Shown: one piece after another, positions 49,108-60,050 of the stretch
Numbering within the stretch: the first letter of the stretch is position 1
How the letters are laid out: each line of letters opens with the position of its first letter
DNA from: an uncultured delta proteobacterium
Lineage (GTDB): Bacteria > Desulfobacterota > Desulfobacteria > Desulfobacterales > QNYZ01
Reading direction: 5' to 3'
NCBI GenBank assembly: GCA_963845145.1
Contig: CAWJQU010000005.1
Coordinates: 256,001-320,000, forward strand
Length of the DNA stretch: 64,000 nucleotides
Notes under the pieces: model-generated
Told to the model about the DNA's origin: nothing
Databases searched by the model: none
What the model saw: the letters and a program-made list of their open reading frames with translations, nothing else
Made by a program: the position numbers and the translations under genes

Positions 49108-50505
49108 TCACGACGCCCAACGATGATACCAGGTTTTAAATTCAGAAGGCCTGAGCCTGTAGCGGGCAAAATTGCCATCATGCAAACTACCCAATTCGGT
49201 TTCAACCACTTCGATAAAGCGCATTTTGTCATCCTCAGGGATTCCTTCTTCTGATTCTTTCGCGATCCATCGGATAGCCTCTCGTTTTGTCATCTTACCT
49301 TTTACTACGCCAGAGACAAATTCATAAATTTTTAACCGATACCGTAATCGAAACAGATCGGGCTCGCCTAGTGACTGGCGAACAGCAGAGTAGCGATTAC
49401 ATGAACGTTCATAGGCCCATACAAATACATCACGTAATAATTCAATACGGTTCAATTCATATACTCCGAGAATTCCATCGATATAAGCTTGATTTGGAAC
49501 ATCAACAAATGAGAGCGGGCAAAGGTTTTGTCCAACAAGAGGGATATTTGCTACAAGACGGGAAACACGTTTGTTTACATCTTCAAAAGGTTGCAGATAA
49601 GGTAGGTGCACCATAGCAAAAAATGCTCGCTCAAATGGATCATAAATTGCTGTTGCAGTATCACAAATCTGCTGAAAACATTCGTTTATTAATTGAGGGA
49701 CCTCCAACGGATAATAGACCGTCCCACTAATCGATACCGGCCTATCACGTAATCTCCCGCAAGCCCGAGGATCACCAAGAAGGTTGTCCGATAACAAGGC
49801 GTGCAAATTTAATATTGTGTAACGATTTAAACCAATTTCGGTAGCTGGCTCGACCAGCAATTCGATCGCGGCCTTGTGATTCAGAATCATTTGGGCTTCC
49901 ATAGCACCTTTACCTTCGGCGCTTTCGCCCAACTCCAGAAGACGCTCCGTCTCTAGCAGTGAATACGTATTTCCTTCCAACCGGCTGGAGTTCCAAGATA
50001 GATCAATCAATAATCGACTGAATATCTTTTTTAAATAGGTTCCAGCGGGTTGCTTATCCTCCGTTGGATGGCCAAGGGCTTTTAAATGATGCCTGATTAT
50101 CTCCGGCAGATAGAAAGATTTATTTGGTATGTATCTATCAAGGAATGACCGGTTGTAACCAACGGGTTGCCGATCATGAATCTGTAAACCAACGACTTTC
50201 TTGACCACTTTTCCTTCAGTTGAAACCGGTATGTAGTTATCGATACGCGCTTTCACTGTGGGGAGGGGAATAGCGACATCCGCTACAATTTTATTTTCTG
50301 GAATCTGATAATGGGCTCCCCGGCCCCGACCCAAAATAACCAATCTTTCGTTCTCAACGAGTTGTGCCAATCGACGCTGCAAAGTACGTCGAGATAGTCT
50401 GTTTTCAAGAGACTCAATAATATTCTTGATTGAGACCCCTTCCCGGAAGTGAGAGACCTCCTTTAATATGACATCAAATTCGTCTTGGGGGATCTGTTTT
50501 GGCAT
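49108..50505 (-). CDS. Fic-family protein with N-terminal wHTH
   Basis: SRRTLQRRL HTH, SWNSSRLEGN, MILNHK, variant Fic motif QPFEDVNKRVSR; visibly more AT-rich than its neighbours. Confidence 0.88.
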   Translation of the reverse strand: MPKQIPQDEFDVILKEVSHFREGVSIKNIIESLENRLSRRTLQRRLAQLVENERLVILGRGRGAHYQIPENKIVADVAIPLPTVKARIDNYIPVSTEGKVVKKVVGLQIHDRQPVGYNRSFLDRYIPNKSFYLPEIIRHHLKALGHPTEDKQPAGTYLKKIFSRLLIDLSWNSSRLEGNTYSLLETERLLELGESAEGKGAMEAQMILNHKAAIELLVEPATEIGLNRYTILNLHALLSDNLLGDPRACGRLRDRPVSISGTVYYPLEVPQLINECFQQICDTATAIYDPFERAFFAMVHLPYLQPFEDVNKRVSRLVANIPLVGQNLCPLSFVDVPNQAYIDGILGVYELNRIELLRDVFVWAYERSCNRYSAVRQSLGEPDLFRLRYRLKIYEFVSGVVKGKMTKREAIRWIAKESEEGIPEDDKMRFIEVVETELGSLHDGNFARYRLRPSEFKTWYHRWAS

Positions 50506-50512
50506 AATTAAG

Positions 50513-50589
50513 TTATTATGGCACAATTCCCTTAATCGCGCCATATAAAACTTTTATTTGGCACGATAAGTTTTTTTGCGCCAAATAAA
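50513..50589. promoter_or_regulatory. Two tandem 40-bp palindromic operator-like units upstream of the Fic gene
   Basis: TTATTATGGCAC...GCGCCATATAA and TTTATTTGGCAC...GCGCCAAATAAA at an exact 40-bp period. Confidence 0.65.
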
Positions 50590-50693
50590 CCGGTACAAAA
50601 TATTCAATCTAAGTTGATCGGTTATTTGCAAAGCTATGTGCCAAAACATTGAAATGATAAGGCATTCAATAAACGGATTACCTTTTTTGACGA

Positions 50694-51899
50694 TCAAGTG
50701 GTCGATTGGTTGGGTGTAACCATCAATTTATCAATTTTGTCAATTAATACCCGGCCCATGAGTTGAACGCTTACATCCAACACGCGCTCATCCATATCGA
50801 AGTGGGGTGAATGCAGGGCGTGTTCGAAGCCCCGGGCAGGGTCATGACAGCCAAACGCTACCATGGCGCCGGGCCATTTTTGACAAAAAAAGGAAAAATC
50901 TTCCGCCCCCATGCTTGGACGGCCGGTTCGAACCCCATCTGCGCCGAGAAGGTCTTCGGCACACTTTTTAATGTGATCCACGATCATGTTATCATTGACA
51001 TGTACTGGATAGCCTTCAATATTTTCAAGGGTGGTAGAGACACCAAAACCGAGTTCCAGGCTTTTGACTATCTCTTCAATCCTCTTTATGGCCTGTGCGC
51101 GGACTTCCGGCGACATGGTGCGCAAGGTCCCATTTAAGGTCGCTTCTTCGGGAATAATGTTTTCAGCTGTTCCGGCGTGAAACTCGCCGATGGTCAGTAC
51201 CGCACTATCCAAGGGGTCGAGGGTACGGCTGGTTATCGTCTGGAGTTGGTTGACGAGGTGTGTCCCCGCGATAATGGGATCAATGCAAAGGTGGGGTTCG
51301 GCGCCATGACCGCCCTTCCCCTTGATACGAATCCGGATCGAGTTGGTGGCAGAATGAGCGGTTCCGTAAATGAGTTCTACCCCACCCACAGGTAGTTCGG
51401 GCTTCATATGTCCGGCAAAAATGGCTTTTACGTCATCCTGATCGAAAAGGCCGGTGTCGAGCATTGCCTTGGCGCCGGCGCCACCTTCTTCGGCGGGTTG
51501 AAAGAAGAAAAGAATCTCCCCGTAACCCTTGGTTTGCCAAGATTGCTCTTTCAGCCAACGAATGATGCCAAGGGCTACCGTTACATGGCCGTCGTGGCCG
51601 CAGGCGTGCATAAAACCTTCATGTTTGGATTTATAGGCCACATCATTGGCTTCTTGCAGGGGAAGCGCATCCATATCGGCCCGATAAGCAACTGTAGGGC
51701 CTTTTTTGTCCGCTTTTAACCTCGCTACAATACCAGTTTTACCAATACCATTTTGGTAAGGTATGTCCAATTGGTCCAACACCTCACAAATTTTCGCCGC
51801 TGTTTTTTCTTCCTGGTAGCAAAGTTCAGGGATTTGATGAAGGTCCCGGCGAAGTTCAACCAGCCAGTCGTGAAAGGGCAGTTCAAAAGATATGGGCAT
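50694..51899 (-). CDS. M20 family amidohydrolase
   Basis: LHQIPEL, RADMDALP, MHACGHDGH, QPAEE, GGHGA, AEDF, LHSP. Confidence 0.92.
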   Translation of the reverse strand: MPISFELPFHDWLVELRRDLHQIPELCYQEEKTAAKICEVLDQLDIPYQNGIGKTGIVARLKADKKGPTVAYRADMDALPLQEANDVAYKSKHEGFMHACGHDGHVTVALGIIRWLKEQSWQTKGYGEILFFFQPAEEGGAGAKAMLDTGLFDQDDVKAIFAGHMKPELPVGGVELIYGTAHSATNSIRIRIKGKGGHGAEPHLCIDPIIAGTHLVNQLQTITSRTLDPLDSAVLTIGEFHAGTAENIIPEEATLNGTLRTMSPEVRAQAIKRIEEIVKSLELGFGVSTTLENIEGYPVHVNDNMIVDHIKKCAEDLLGADGVRTGRPSMGAEDFSFFCQKWPGAMVAFGCHDPARGFEHALHSPHFDMDERVLDVSVQLMGRVLIDKIDKLMVTPNQSTT

Positions 51900-52046
51900 T
51901 GTGGATTCTCCTTTAGTATTAATCATTGTATTTTAATTTAATCATCGCATTAATTCGTCTCCCATTCAATAGAAATGGCATGATTGAAAACGCCTTTGCG
52001 GTAAAAAATTCTGACAATTTTATCCATATCTGCTACACAGTTTCGC

Positions 52047-53219
52047 ATGAAATATAATCTCATTGGCTTTATCATTTTTCTTTCCATTTTTTTTGGTATC
52101 TACGGTGGCTTTCATTATTACGGCTATACTAAATTTAAAGCCGTTTTCAAGCCGGACCTTATTATTCATATTGCTCTAATCGTTTTCCTGGTTTGTATGA
52201 TTTTTTCGCCGATCGCCATACGGATACTGGAAAAAAACGGCAATTTCACGGCGGCCACAATATCCGCCCACTTTGCTTATGGGTGGATGGGGGCCCTTTT
52301 TCTTTTTGTCTCAATCTCATTTGGATTTGATATCTACAAGTGGATCGCCAGGGGGTTGGGTGCTGTATTCCATTTTAACCCGGCGCACATCACACTGTCG
52401 GCTGGATTCACATTGTTGTTTTCGACGGCCTTGACCCTCGGCATTTTGATCTACGGTTTTGGTGAAGCACGAGCAATCCGGGTTGAACGTGTCACGATTG
52501 AAACGAAAAAGGAGAGTCGTTTCAAAGACCGCCTAAGAGTCGTCCAGATAACCGACGTCCATCTGGGCTTAATGGGTGGCGAGGAACGCCTCAATGCCAT
52601 TCTGAAACAGGTTGAAGCTCAATCTCCGGATGTATTGGTTTCCACAGGCGACCTGGTGGATGGGTATATCGCTGACAAAGATAAAGTCATCCATCGTTTT
52701 AGAAAATTACACACACCGCAGGGTAAGTTCGCCGTTGTCGGCAACCATGAATATTACCATGGCCTGGAAGAATCGATATCTTTTACTGAAGCCTGCGGCT
52801 TTACAATGCTGAGGGGAAACCGTGTTGAATTGCCCGGTGGTGTTTGCATTGCCGGTGTGGATGATGAGGGGAGAAATGTTGGGACAGCCGACCAGGGTAC
52901 ATCCGAGTCGGACATGTTAGCCCAATGTACGCCAAAAGGATTTACCCTATTTTTAAAGCATCAACCCCGGATAAAAAAAAATACCCTGGGACAGTTTGAT
53001 CTGATGTTGACCGGCCATGTCCATTCGGGCCAGATCTTTCCCTTTACGCTTATCACTTCCCTGGCGTATGGCTTCAAAAACGGCCTGACCCCCCTGAGCG
53101 GTGGATCATCACTATATTTAAGCCGAGGAACCGGGACATGGGGCCCACCGATCCGATTTCTCGCCCCTCCGGAAATTACGGTCATTGATATCGTGTCACC
53201 AAGCTCGAAATCTCTATAG
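52047..53219 (+). CDS. Membrane-anchored metallophosphoesterase
   Basis: TDVHLG, TGDLVD, GNHE, GHVHSGQ, SRGTG motifs after four TM helices. Confidence 0.92.
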   Translation: MKYNLIGFIIFLSIFFGIYGGFHYYGYTKFKAVFKPDLIIHIALIVFLVCMIFSPIAIRILEKNGNFTAATISAHFAYGWMGALFLFVSISFGFDIYKWIARGLGAVFHFNPAHITLSAGFTLLFSTALTLGILIYGFGEARAIRVERVTIETKKESRFKDRLRVVQITDVHLGLMGGEERLNAILKQVEAQSPDVLVSTGDLVDGYIADKDKVIHRFRKLHTPQGKFAVVGNHEYYHGLEESISFTEACGFTMLRGNRVELPGGVCIAGVDDEGRNVGTADQGTSESDMLAQCTPKGFTLFLKHQPRIKKNTLGQFDLMLTGHVHSGQIFPFTLITSLAYGFKNGLTPLSGGSSLYLSRGTGTWGPPIRFLAPPEITVIDIVSPSSKSL

Positions 53220-53357
53220 CGATCAATATAACCAGACGGCAGATCGGCGGCGGATCTGAATTGACACCGTAACCCGAATTATCTATAAACCATCCTTAAT
53301 AATAAGAGGCTTATTAATAGTTACAAAACTGCTGACGAAAATAAAGGAGGATACCGA

Positions 53358-53558
53358 ATGAGTGCAGAAGAAAAAGAGATGGATCTGGCCACGGCGATAA
53401 AAAAAGCCATTGCGGATTGTGAAATCACCCCCAAAGAGTACGATGAGATTCTGGCTATCGCTAATGCAGACAAATTTATTGACGATCAGGAACAGGCCTT
53501 GTTGGGCCAACTACAACAGCTTATTGCCAATGGGACGGTGAAGCGGGTCGCCAAGTAA
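53358..53558 (+). CDS. Small acidic hypothetical protein (EF-hand/TerB-like helices)
   Basis: AAGGAGG RBS; upstream TTGACA-N17-TATAAA (53261-53289); ADCEITPKE and ADKFIDDQE segments. Confidence 0.75.
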   Translation: MSAEEKEMDLATAIKKAIADCEITPKEYDEILAIANADKFIDDQEQALLGQLQQLIANGTVKRVAK

Positions 53559-53799
53559 GGGTGCCCAACACAAATTGGTGCCTGCTAACGCAGGATAAAT
53601 CCAAATTCTCCTGGTGTAAAACAAATGGGTAGTATTGGGGCGTCAGGTTAAAGGACCATGCGCCCCTTTTATTCATGATACTTTTTTCATGATCCCGTCA
53701 TCAGGCTTGTTCGCATCTGTCCTACCTTTGGGTAGCAGGGATCACATTACCGGACACCCCGGCACCCTTATTACCCGGCTGGATGCTGTCGGCCGAAGA

Positions 53800-54969
53800 T
53801 TATTCGATATACTCTTTTATCTCCACTCCCCGTTGGGATAGTTCCTCAATCAGGATGTCGGGATTGACATCCTGAGCCGGTGACCCGACACCACATCCCT
53901 TGATTTCACCTTTCAGGATCATCTGCGCGGCAATACTGGCGGTATACCCAACGGTTCGATTCATGGCGAAAAGCCCGGTTTCAAGATCGCGATAGTCAAT
54001 CAAATCATAGATTATCGATCGGGGGTGGCCGTCCTTTTGGCCCCAGGCATGGACCCTGAGAAAGGCTAAGTCACGTTCATCCTCTTTGTACTGCAGTTTC
54101 GGCGTCAAGTGACGACTGACAAATTCTCTGGGTGCAATCGATACACCTTCCGCCAACTCGAGCGGTTCATCGTTTAGGAAGCCAAGGTGGGCCATGATTC
54201 GCCAAAAGGCACAATGCCCCGGCCAGCGGGTTGTATAGCGGCCCATTTCCTGTAATTCCGAACCCAGGTTAAATGTTTGAATAAACTGGACAGCGTCACC
54301 GTTGGGGTAGGTTTCCATGGTCCCCACACCCGGGACATCGATCGTGCGAACCCAGGCTTCATTAAAAATTTCCAGGCCGGGAATTTGTATTTCCAGGCCG
54401 CCCTTTAGCAGCCGGGCCGGCCGGGTGTAAGCATTCAGGACACCATCAAAGGTCCAGCTGATCTTGTAGTTTAGTGGATTGTCACAGGCGGATGGGGTAG
54501 GGATCCCTGCCCCATAACTGTTTAATCCGTGGACTTCATCCAACATAGCCACGGCCCTGGCGCCGAGAACAAAATCAATCCCCGGGTCGAAGCCCATTTC
54601 CGGTAACAATAAAATATTTTTCTCTTTTGCGAGCGCATCCAGCCCGTCCAATAGACCGGCATAGGTGGTACACACATAGGGAATTTCGGCTTCAATAGAG
54701 CCAAGGGCGGCCTGACGGCTTAGATGTGCAGGTGTCATACAAATCAGGATATTAACGGCGGTATCTTTAATCATTTTCGCCAATATGGCCTGATCCGTGG
54801 CGTCGGTTTCAATCGCCTGTACTTTATTGTGACAGTTATGGCGAAGAAAGTCGCGGGCCTTTGAAAGGTCGATGTCAACCGCCACAATCTCACCAATAAT
54901 CGGGCTTTGGGAAAGATCGTGAATCACGGCCTTACCCTGTAGGCCAACGCCCAGTACCATAGCCTTCAT
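53800..54969 (-). CDS. Saccharopine dehydrogenase/lysine 6-dehydrogenase family protein
   Basis: GVGLQG, EMGFDPG, NPLNYKISW, TTRWPGH, AMNRTVG. Confidence 0.88.
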   Translation of the reverse strand: MKAMVLGVGLQGKAVIHDLSQSPIIGEIVAVDIDLSKARDFLRHNCHNKVQAIETDATDQAILAKMIKDTAVNILICMTPAHLSRQAALGSIEAEIPYVCTTYAGLLDGLDALAKEKNILLLPEMGFDPGIDFVLGARAVAMLDEVHGLNSYGAGIPTPSACDNPLNYKISWTFDGVLNAYTRPARLLKGGLEIQIPGLEIFNEAWVRTIDVPGVGTMETYPNGDAVQFIQTFNLGSELQEMGRYTTRWPGHCAFWRIMAHLGFLNDEPLELAEGVSIAPREFVSRHLTPKLQYKEDERDLAFLRVHAWGQKDGHPRSIIYDLIDYRDLETGLFAMNRTVGYTASIAAQMILKGEIKGCGVGSPAQDVNPDILIEELSQRGVEIKEYIE

Positions 54970-54982
54970 TGGATCTCCTATC

Positions 54983-55966
54983 CTAGTTTTTGGCCAGTTC
55001 TTTAAGGTATGAAATAAGTTTGTTGCGGTCCGTAAAATCGGCGATAACCGTCTCCTTTAAGGACGCCAACTCGTCTTTATAGTGCTGCACCAGAGCCTGA
55101 TGGCGCGTGATAAAACCGCGTAACTTACCGGATCGAAGCCATTTAAGACGGTGTTGCGGCCAAAAAAGGATGATGAGGAGGTCCGGGTTTTTGATGGATT
55201 GTTCGGTTTGTTTAAGTGAAAAGGAAATGGATGGGCAAATATCAAGTAGATGTAAATGGAAATTTTCATGATCACACAGGGCCGCGATGACGTTATGGAG
55301 ATGATTTTGGCGTAATTTTTTCTCCAAGGGGTCATTGTACCGCCGGGCATATTGTTGCAGACAATCGATACAAATATATTGATTCACCGGGTATCGTGCG
55401 ATGTTTTTTAAAAAAAGCCGGCGTCGTTCTTTCAAGGCTTGCCCACCGAATAATTCGTCCAGCGGGTGGTGGAGCAAACTGTTTTGTTTCTCAAACTTGG
55501 GATGATTATCGGCCATAAGGATGTAGGTTGGTTCCGGGTTCACAATAGTATAAGGCCCGAGACTATTCTCGATGGATAGTAGTTGTCCATTCGCCAAAGC
55601 GCTATACAAAGGCGTCATGGCCGTCGAAATCTTGCTTTTTCTAGAGTAGTTGACCAACAAGGGGATATCCGTATCGTCCAATGGCCTTCGGTCAAAAACG
55701 CTTAGTAAATCGTCGACGTCTTTTAGCGTCAATTCCAATGCTACGGATAAAGCCAATAACTTTTCCCGGCGAACATTAATGATGTTCCCTTCTTCCAGGT
55801 CTTTGATATAGGTGTTGGTCAATCCGGATACAGCAGCAATTTGGTTACGAGGGCGCTGGTGTTTTTTGATCAACGAAATAATATAACGTGAAATATACGC
55901 CTTCTTTTTTGCGTCGGAGGAAAAATGGGGCTTATCGGTTAAAGACATTGATGAAAACCTCTCCAT
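54983..55966 (-). CDS. XRE-like HTH protein with an uncharacterised C-terminal domain
   Basis: RNQIAAVSGLTNTYIKDLEEG HTH. Confidence 0.7.
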   Translation of the reverse strand: MERFSSMSLTDKPHFSSDAKKKAYISRYIISLIKKHQRPRNQIAAVSGLTNTYIKDLEEGNIINVRREKLLALSVALELTLKDVDDLLSVFDRRPLDDTDIPLLVNYSRKSKISTAMTPLYSALANGQLLSIENSLGPYTIVNPEPTYILMADNHPKFEKQNSLLHHPLDELFGGQALKERRRLFLKNIARYPVNQYICIDCLQQYARRYNDPLEKKLRQNHLHNVIAALCDHENFHLHLLDICPSISFSLKQTEQSIKNPDLLIILFWPQHRLKWLRSGKLRGFITRHQALVQHYKDELASLKETVIADFTDRNKLISYLKELAKN

Positions 55967-56030
55967 TGTAGCCTTGTCTGTTAAAAAATAGGCGGTTTTT
56001 CATTCATTTGATCCAAACGACGATTCCCTT

Positions 56031-57002
56031 TTAAGCTTGCGTGTGCAGATGGCAAGCAACAAAGTAGTCTTCATCCACTTTTTTATAAACAGGTCGAACC
56101 TTTTGACAAATGGGCATGACAGCGGGGCAACGTGGATGAAAATGGCATCCAGGGGGTGGATTTAAAGGGCTGGGCACATCCCCGGGCAACACGTTTTTTC
56201 CCCATGGGATCGTTGCGTCCATGACGGGTACCGCCGACAGCAGTGCTTTGGTGTAGGGATGTTTGGGGGCTTTATAGATTATTTCATAAGGCCCTGACTC
56301 GACAATTTTACCCAAATACATCACTGCGATTCGATCGGATATGTGCTCCACAACCGCTAAGTCATGCGAAATGATAATATACGAAAGCCCCAGTTCGTTT
56401 TGTAAATCAACCAGCAGGTTGATTATTTGTGCTTGAATCGACACGTCCAGCGCTGAAACCGGCTCATCCCCGATGATAAGTGACGGATTTAACGCCAAAG
56501 CCCTGGCAATGCCGATCCTTTGGCGCTGCCCACCGGAAAATTCGTGGGGATAACGGTTGCCGTGTTCCGGAGACAGGCCTACTTTTTCCATCAATTTGGC
56601 GCAACGCGTGGACAAAGCGGATGAAGAGCCCATTTTATGGACCTGCATGGGTTCCGTCAGAATGCTGTTCACCGTCATGCGGGGGTTGAGGGATGAATAT
56701 GGATCCTGGTAAATCATCTGCACCCTGGTTCTTTCCTGGCGCAATTCTTTTTTTGATAAAGCCGACAGATCACGGTCGAAAAAATGAACCTTTCCCCCAG
56801 TGGGGTCGATCAAACGCAGCATGGCCAATGCGGCCGTGGACTTACCGCAACCGCTTTCGCCAACCAAGCCCAGGGTTTCACCTTGCTTAAGCGAGAAGCT
56901 GATGCCATCTACGGCCCGTACCCAGCCAGCCCGACGGTTAAGGATACCTCTGCGTACCGGGTAATATACTTTTAGATCATCAACACGAAGTATCTCAGTC
57001 AT
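56031..57002 (-). CDS. Peptide ABC transporter ATPase (OppF/DppF)
   Basis: [35 protein letters not shown]. Confidence 0.95.
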   Translation of the reverse strand: MTEILRVDDLKVYYPVRRGILNRRAGWVRAVDGISFSLKQGETLGLVGESGCGKSTAALAMLRLIDPTGGKVHFFDRDLSALSKKELRQERTRVQMIYQDPYSSLNPRMTVNSILTEPMQVHKMGSSSALSTRCAKLMEKVGLSPEHGNRYPHEFSGGQRQRIGIARALALNPSLIIGDEPVSALDVSIQAQIINLLVDLQNELGLSYIIISHDLAVVEHISDRIAVMYLGKIVESGPYEIIYKAPKHPYTKALLSAVPVMDATIPWGKNVLPGDVPSPLNPPPGCHFHPRCPAVMPICQKVRPVYKKVDEDYFVACHLHTQA

Positions 57003-57067
57003 GTTTTTCAACCATTTGAAAGGTTGGCTTTATGCTATCCCCCCGCCAGGAGTGGATCATGAAACGA

Positions 57068-58087
57068 TTATTCGACATTGATCTTCTCACCGGGAAAATG
57101 GCATTTGGCTTTGTGCGTTTCCGAAATAGCCTGAGCCTCGGGCATTTTATCCCTACAAATATCACGGGCAATGGGGCAGCGAGGATGAAAAGTACAACCC
57201 GAGGGTAGCTTAAGAAGTGAGGGAATAGAGCCTTTTATCTCTTGTAACCGTGTACGTCCGTGTCGTGCCCTGCGACCGATAACCGGAACTGATTGCAGCA
57301 GGCATTGGGTATACGGGTGGCTGGTCGTATTAAAGATTTCCTTTGCTTGTCCGATTTCCACTATCTTTCCGGCATACATCACGACGATGCGGTGGGCAAT
57401 CTTTGATACCAAGCCCAAGTCGTGCGTGATAAGCAAAATAGCGGACTGAAAATCATTTTGCAGTTTTAAAAGTAAGTCTACAATCTGGGCCTGAATAGTG
57501 ACATCCAACGCCGTCGTTGGTTCGTCCGCGATTAAAAGATCCGGACGACAGGCGAGGGCCATGGCAATCATGACACGCTGTCGCATGCCACCGGAAAGCT
57601 GGTGGGGGTACTCGTAGACTCTTTTTTCAGGCGAGGGAATTTTGACCCGACCGAGAATCTCAATCGCCTGGTTCAAACTTTCGCTTTTGCTTAACCCTTG
57701 ATGTTTGGTTATCACTTCAGCGATCTGGCGGCCGATTCTATGGACAGGGTTCAAGGAGGTCATGGGTTCCTGAAAGATCATAGAAATCCGGTTACCCCGA
57801 ATATGGCGCATCTCCCTGGCTGAAAGGGTCAACAGATCCCGGCCTTTGAAGGTTATCGCACCGGATTTAATGTGACCCGGTGACCGTATCAGGCGAAGGA
57901 GCGACAGGGCGGTGACGCTTTTACCACAACCAGACTCCCCCACCAACCCGACGATTTCATTGGTGTGAATATTAAACGACACCCCGTCCACCGCTGTGGC
58001 CACGCCATCCATGGATTTAAAACAAGTGGTCAGATTTTCGATAACGACCAAAGGGTTTAATCCGGGTAAATGGGGAGCTGCCATCAT
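57068..58087 (-). CDS. Peptide ABC transporter ATPase (OppD/DppD)
   Basis: [28 protein letters not shown]. Confidence 0.95.
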   Translation of the reverse strand: MMAAPHLPGLNPLVVIENLTTCFKSMDGVATAVDGVSFNIHTNEIVGLVGESGCGKSVTALSLLRLIRSPGHIKSGAITFKGRDLLTLSAREMRHIRGNRISMIFQEPMTSLNPVHRIGRQIAEVITKHQGLSKSESLNQAIEILGRVKIPSPEKRVYEYPHQLSGGMRQRVMIAMALACRPDLLIADEPTTALDVTIQAQIVDLLLKLQNDFQSAILLITHDLGLVSKIAHRIVVMYAGKIVEIGQAKEIFNTTSHPYTQCLLQSVPVIGRRARHGRTRLQEIKGSIPSLLKLPSGCTFHPRCPIARDICRDKMPEAQAISETHKAKCHFPGEKINVE

Positions 58088-58151
58088 TGTCTCCAGAAGG
58101 CTATCATCCTCGAAATTTATCCAGTAACAACGGGCATCACTGGTGAATATT

Positions 58152-59183
58152 TCAGGTTAGTAAATTGGGCTTCCAACTCTCTTTAAATATCCGCAACAAG
58201 TTGAGGCCCAGAATTTTTTTAATCTCCTCATCGCTATAACCGCGTGCTATCAGGCCTTGGGTTAGAAATGGGTAGTCCTCGATTCCATTAAAATCCGACG
58301 GTTGCCGGTTGTTGGTATCGGGTGGTCGGGCGTTTTTGTCTAGTGGGTCGGTAACCAGATGGTAGGGTAAATCGTTCTCTCCAAACGCGTGATGAGGGTA
58401 AGCACCCATGGTTCCCACGGAGTCGGTTGACGTTCCAACATGATCAATGCCGATGCGTTCGATGACATATTCCAGGCAAACCAGATAATCTTCAAGGGTG
58501 GGCATACCGGCACCTCCTCGATAGATCAGGGGGGCCCAAGTTGTGACACAAACCACTCCGCCGGTATCGGCAATGGCCTGAATTTGATCGTCCGTGATAT
58601 TTCGCGGATTGTCTACGACGGCTTTGGGGTTGGAATGGGATGCAATCACCGGCGCTTTGGCCACTTTTACCGCATCCAAAAAGGTGCGTTCTCCCACATG
58701 GGAAAGGTCGAGGGTGATTCCTATCCGGGCCATCTCGCGCACAAGGACTTTTCCGAACTGACTGATGCCGTCATCGTTTAGCTCCAAGCAGCCGTTTCCC
58801 GCAAGGTTTTTTTCATTATAGGTTAGCTGGCAGACAGACAGCCCCATCTGCTTCCAAAACAACAGGTTGCCCGGATCGGAGCCCAGCATGAGGCTGTTCT
58901 GGGTAGAAAAAATATGGGCCAACCTTCCCTCCTGGTGGGCTTTTTCGATGGCGCCCACGCTGTTGCCAAGACAAAACGACGGCGTATCAGCGATGACCTT
59001 TAAAAAAGCCTTAACTCTGGGGATGGCACCCATCAAATCATCTCCAACATCGGGAACGGTGATACCTGCGGCGGTCAGTCCTGATTTATCCGAACGGTCG
59101 GTCCTTTTGGTTAGATATTGAACGCAGGGGTCGATGATAATCGATTCACGGTGCAATTTTAGTGTTTTCGAACTCAGTTCCAT
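58152..59183 (-). CDS. M19 membrane-dipeptidase-like protein with altered metal ligands
   Basis: QLTYNEKN, DLSH, ASHSN, PRNITD, ILGLNLLR; N-terminal HxD absent. Confidence 0.85.
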   Translation of the reverse strand: MELSSKTLKLHRESIIIDPCVQYLTKRTDRSDKSGLTAAGITVPDVGDDLMGAIPRVKAFLKVIADTPSFCLGNSVGAIEKAHQEGRLAHIFSTQNSLMLGSDPGNLLFWKQMGLSVCQLTYNEKNLAGNGCLELNDDGISQFGKVLVREMARIGITLDLSHVGERTFLDAVKVAKAPVIASHSNPKAVVDNPRNITDDQIQAIADTGGVVCVTTWAPLIYRGGAGMPTLEDYLVCLEYVIERIGIDHVGTSTDSVGTMGAYPHHAFGENDLPYHLVTDPLDKNARPPDTNNRQPSDFNGIEDYPFLTQGLIARGYSDEEIKKILGLNLLRIFKESWKPNLLT

Positions 59184-59213
59184 TTTAAACGACCTTTAAA
59201 TAAAGTGATTGGT

Positions 59214-60050
59214 TTATTTCCATATGGTATGAGGATCGAGAATATCCCTTAGCCCGTCTCCTAAAAGATTGAATCCCAGCACGGTCACGAAAATCGACAT
59301 ACCGGGAAATACGGCAATCCAGGGTGCGGTAAAAAACTGATCTCTGGCGTTGGAGAGCATGCCACCCCAGCTTGGCATCGGCGGTTGGGCACCTAATCCT
59401 AAAAATGACAATGCCGCTTCAGTTAAAATAGCCGCCCCTACACCCAAGGTACTGATAACCAAAATGGGGCCCAAGATGTTGGGCAGAATATGTCGGATCA
59501 ATATTTTGCTACTTTTATAGCCCATTCCCTTGGCAGCGCTTATATAAGCCAGAGAGCGAACCGAAAGCGTCTGGGATCGGGTAATGCGACATGAGTAAGA
59601 CCAATTGGTCAATCCCATGGCGATATAGAGATTGATTAGCCCGGGCCCCAGCAACCCCATGATAGCCAAGGCGAACACCAATGAGGGTATAGAGAGCATG
59701 ATATTGGTCAGGGCATTAACCAGATCATCCCACAATCCACCGAAATAGCCGGCCGTTAATCCCAAGGTGATGCCGATGATGGAATTGATCAGCTGAGTGA
59801 CCAAACCGATACCCAAGGAGATTCTGCTACCATAAATGACTCGCGATAGAATATCCCTGCCCTGGCTATCTGTGCCGAACCAGAAATTTTTATTGGGAGG
59901 TTCCTCGGCAAACATGAGATCCGCATCCTTATAGGGATGGGTGGGGGCTAAAAAGGGGGCGAAGATGGCTGTAAAAATCAAGATCAACAAAAAAATAGAG
60001 CCCAGGACCAGATTGGTACGTTGCCTGAATTTTTTTAGCGTGTGTTTCAT
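59214..60050 (-). CDS. Peptide ABC permease (OppC/DppC)
   Basis: FGTDSQGRD, HILPN, EAALSFLGLG, GDGLRD. Confidence 0.95.
   Translation of the reverse strand: MKHTLKKFRQRTNLVLGSIFLLILIFTAIFAPFLAPTHPYKDADLMFAEEPPNKNFWFGTDSQGRDILSRVIYGSRISLGIGLVTQLINSIIGITLGLTAGYFGGLWDDLVNALTNIMLSIPSLVFALAIMGLLGPGLINLYIAMGLTNWSYSCRITRSQTLSVRSLAYISAAKGMGYKSSKILIRHILPNILGPILVISTLGVGAAILTEAALSFLGLGAQPPMPSWGGMLSNARDQFFTAPWIAVFPGMSIFVTVLGFNLLGDGLRDILDPHTIWK

Noticed and set aside
50626..50643. Sigma54 promoter for the Fic gene (TGGCACATAGCTTTGCA on the minus strand)
   Set aside because: GG-to-GC spacing is 11 nt rather than the required 10
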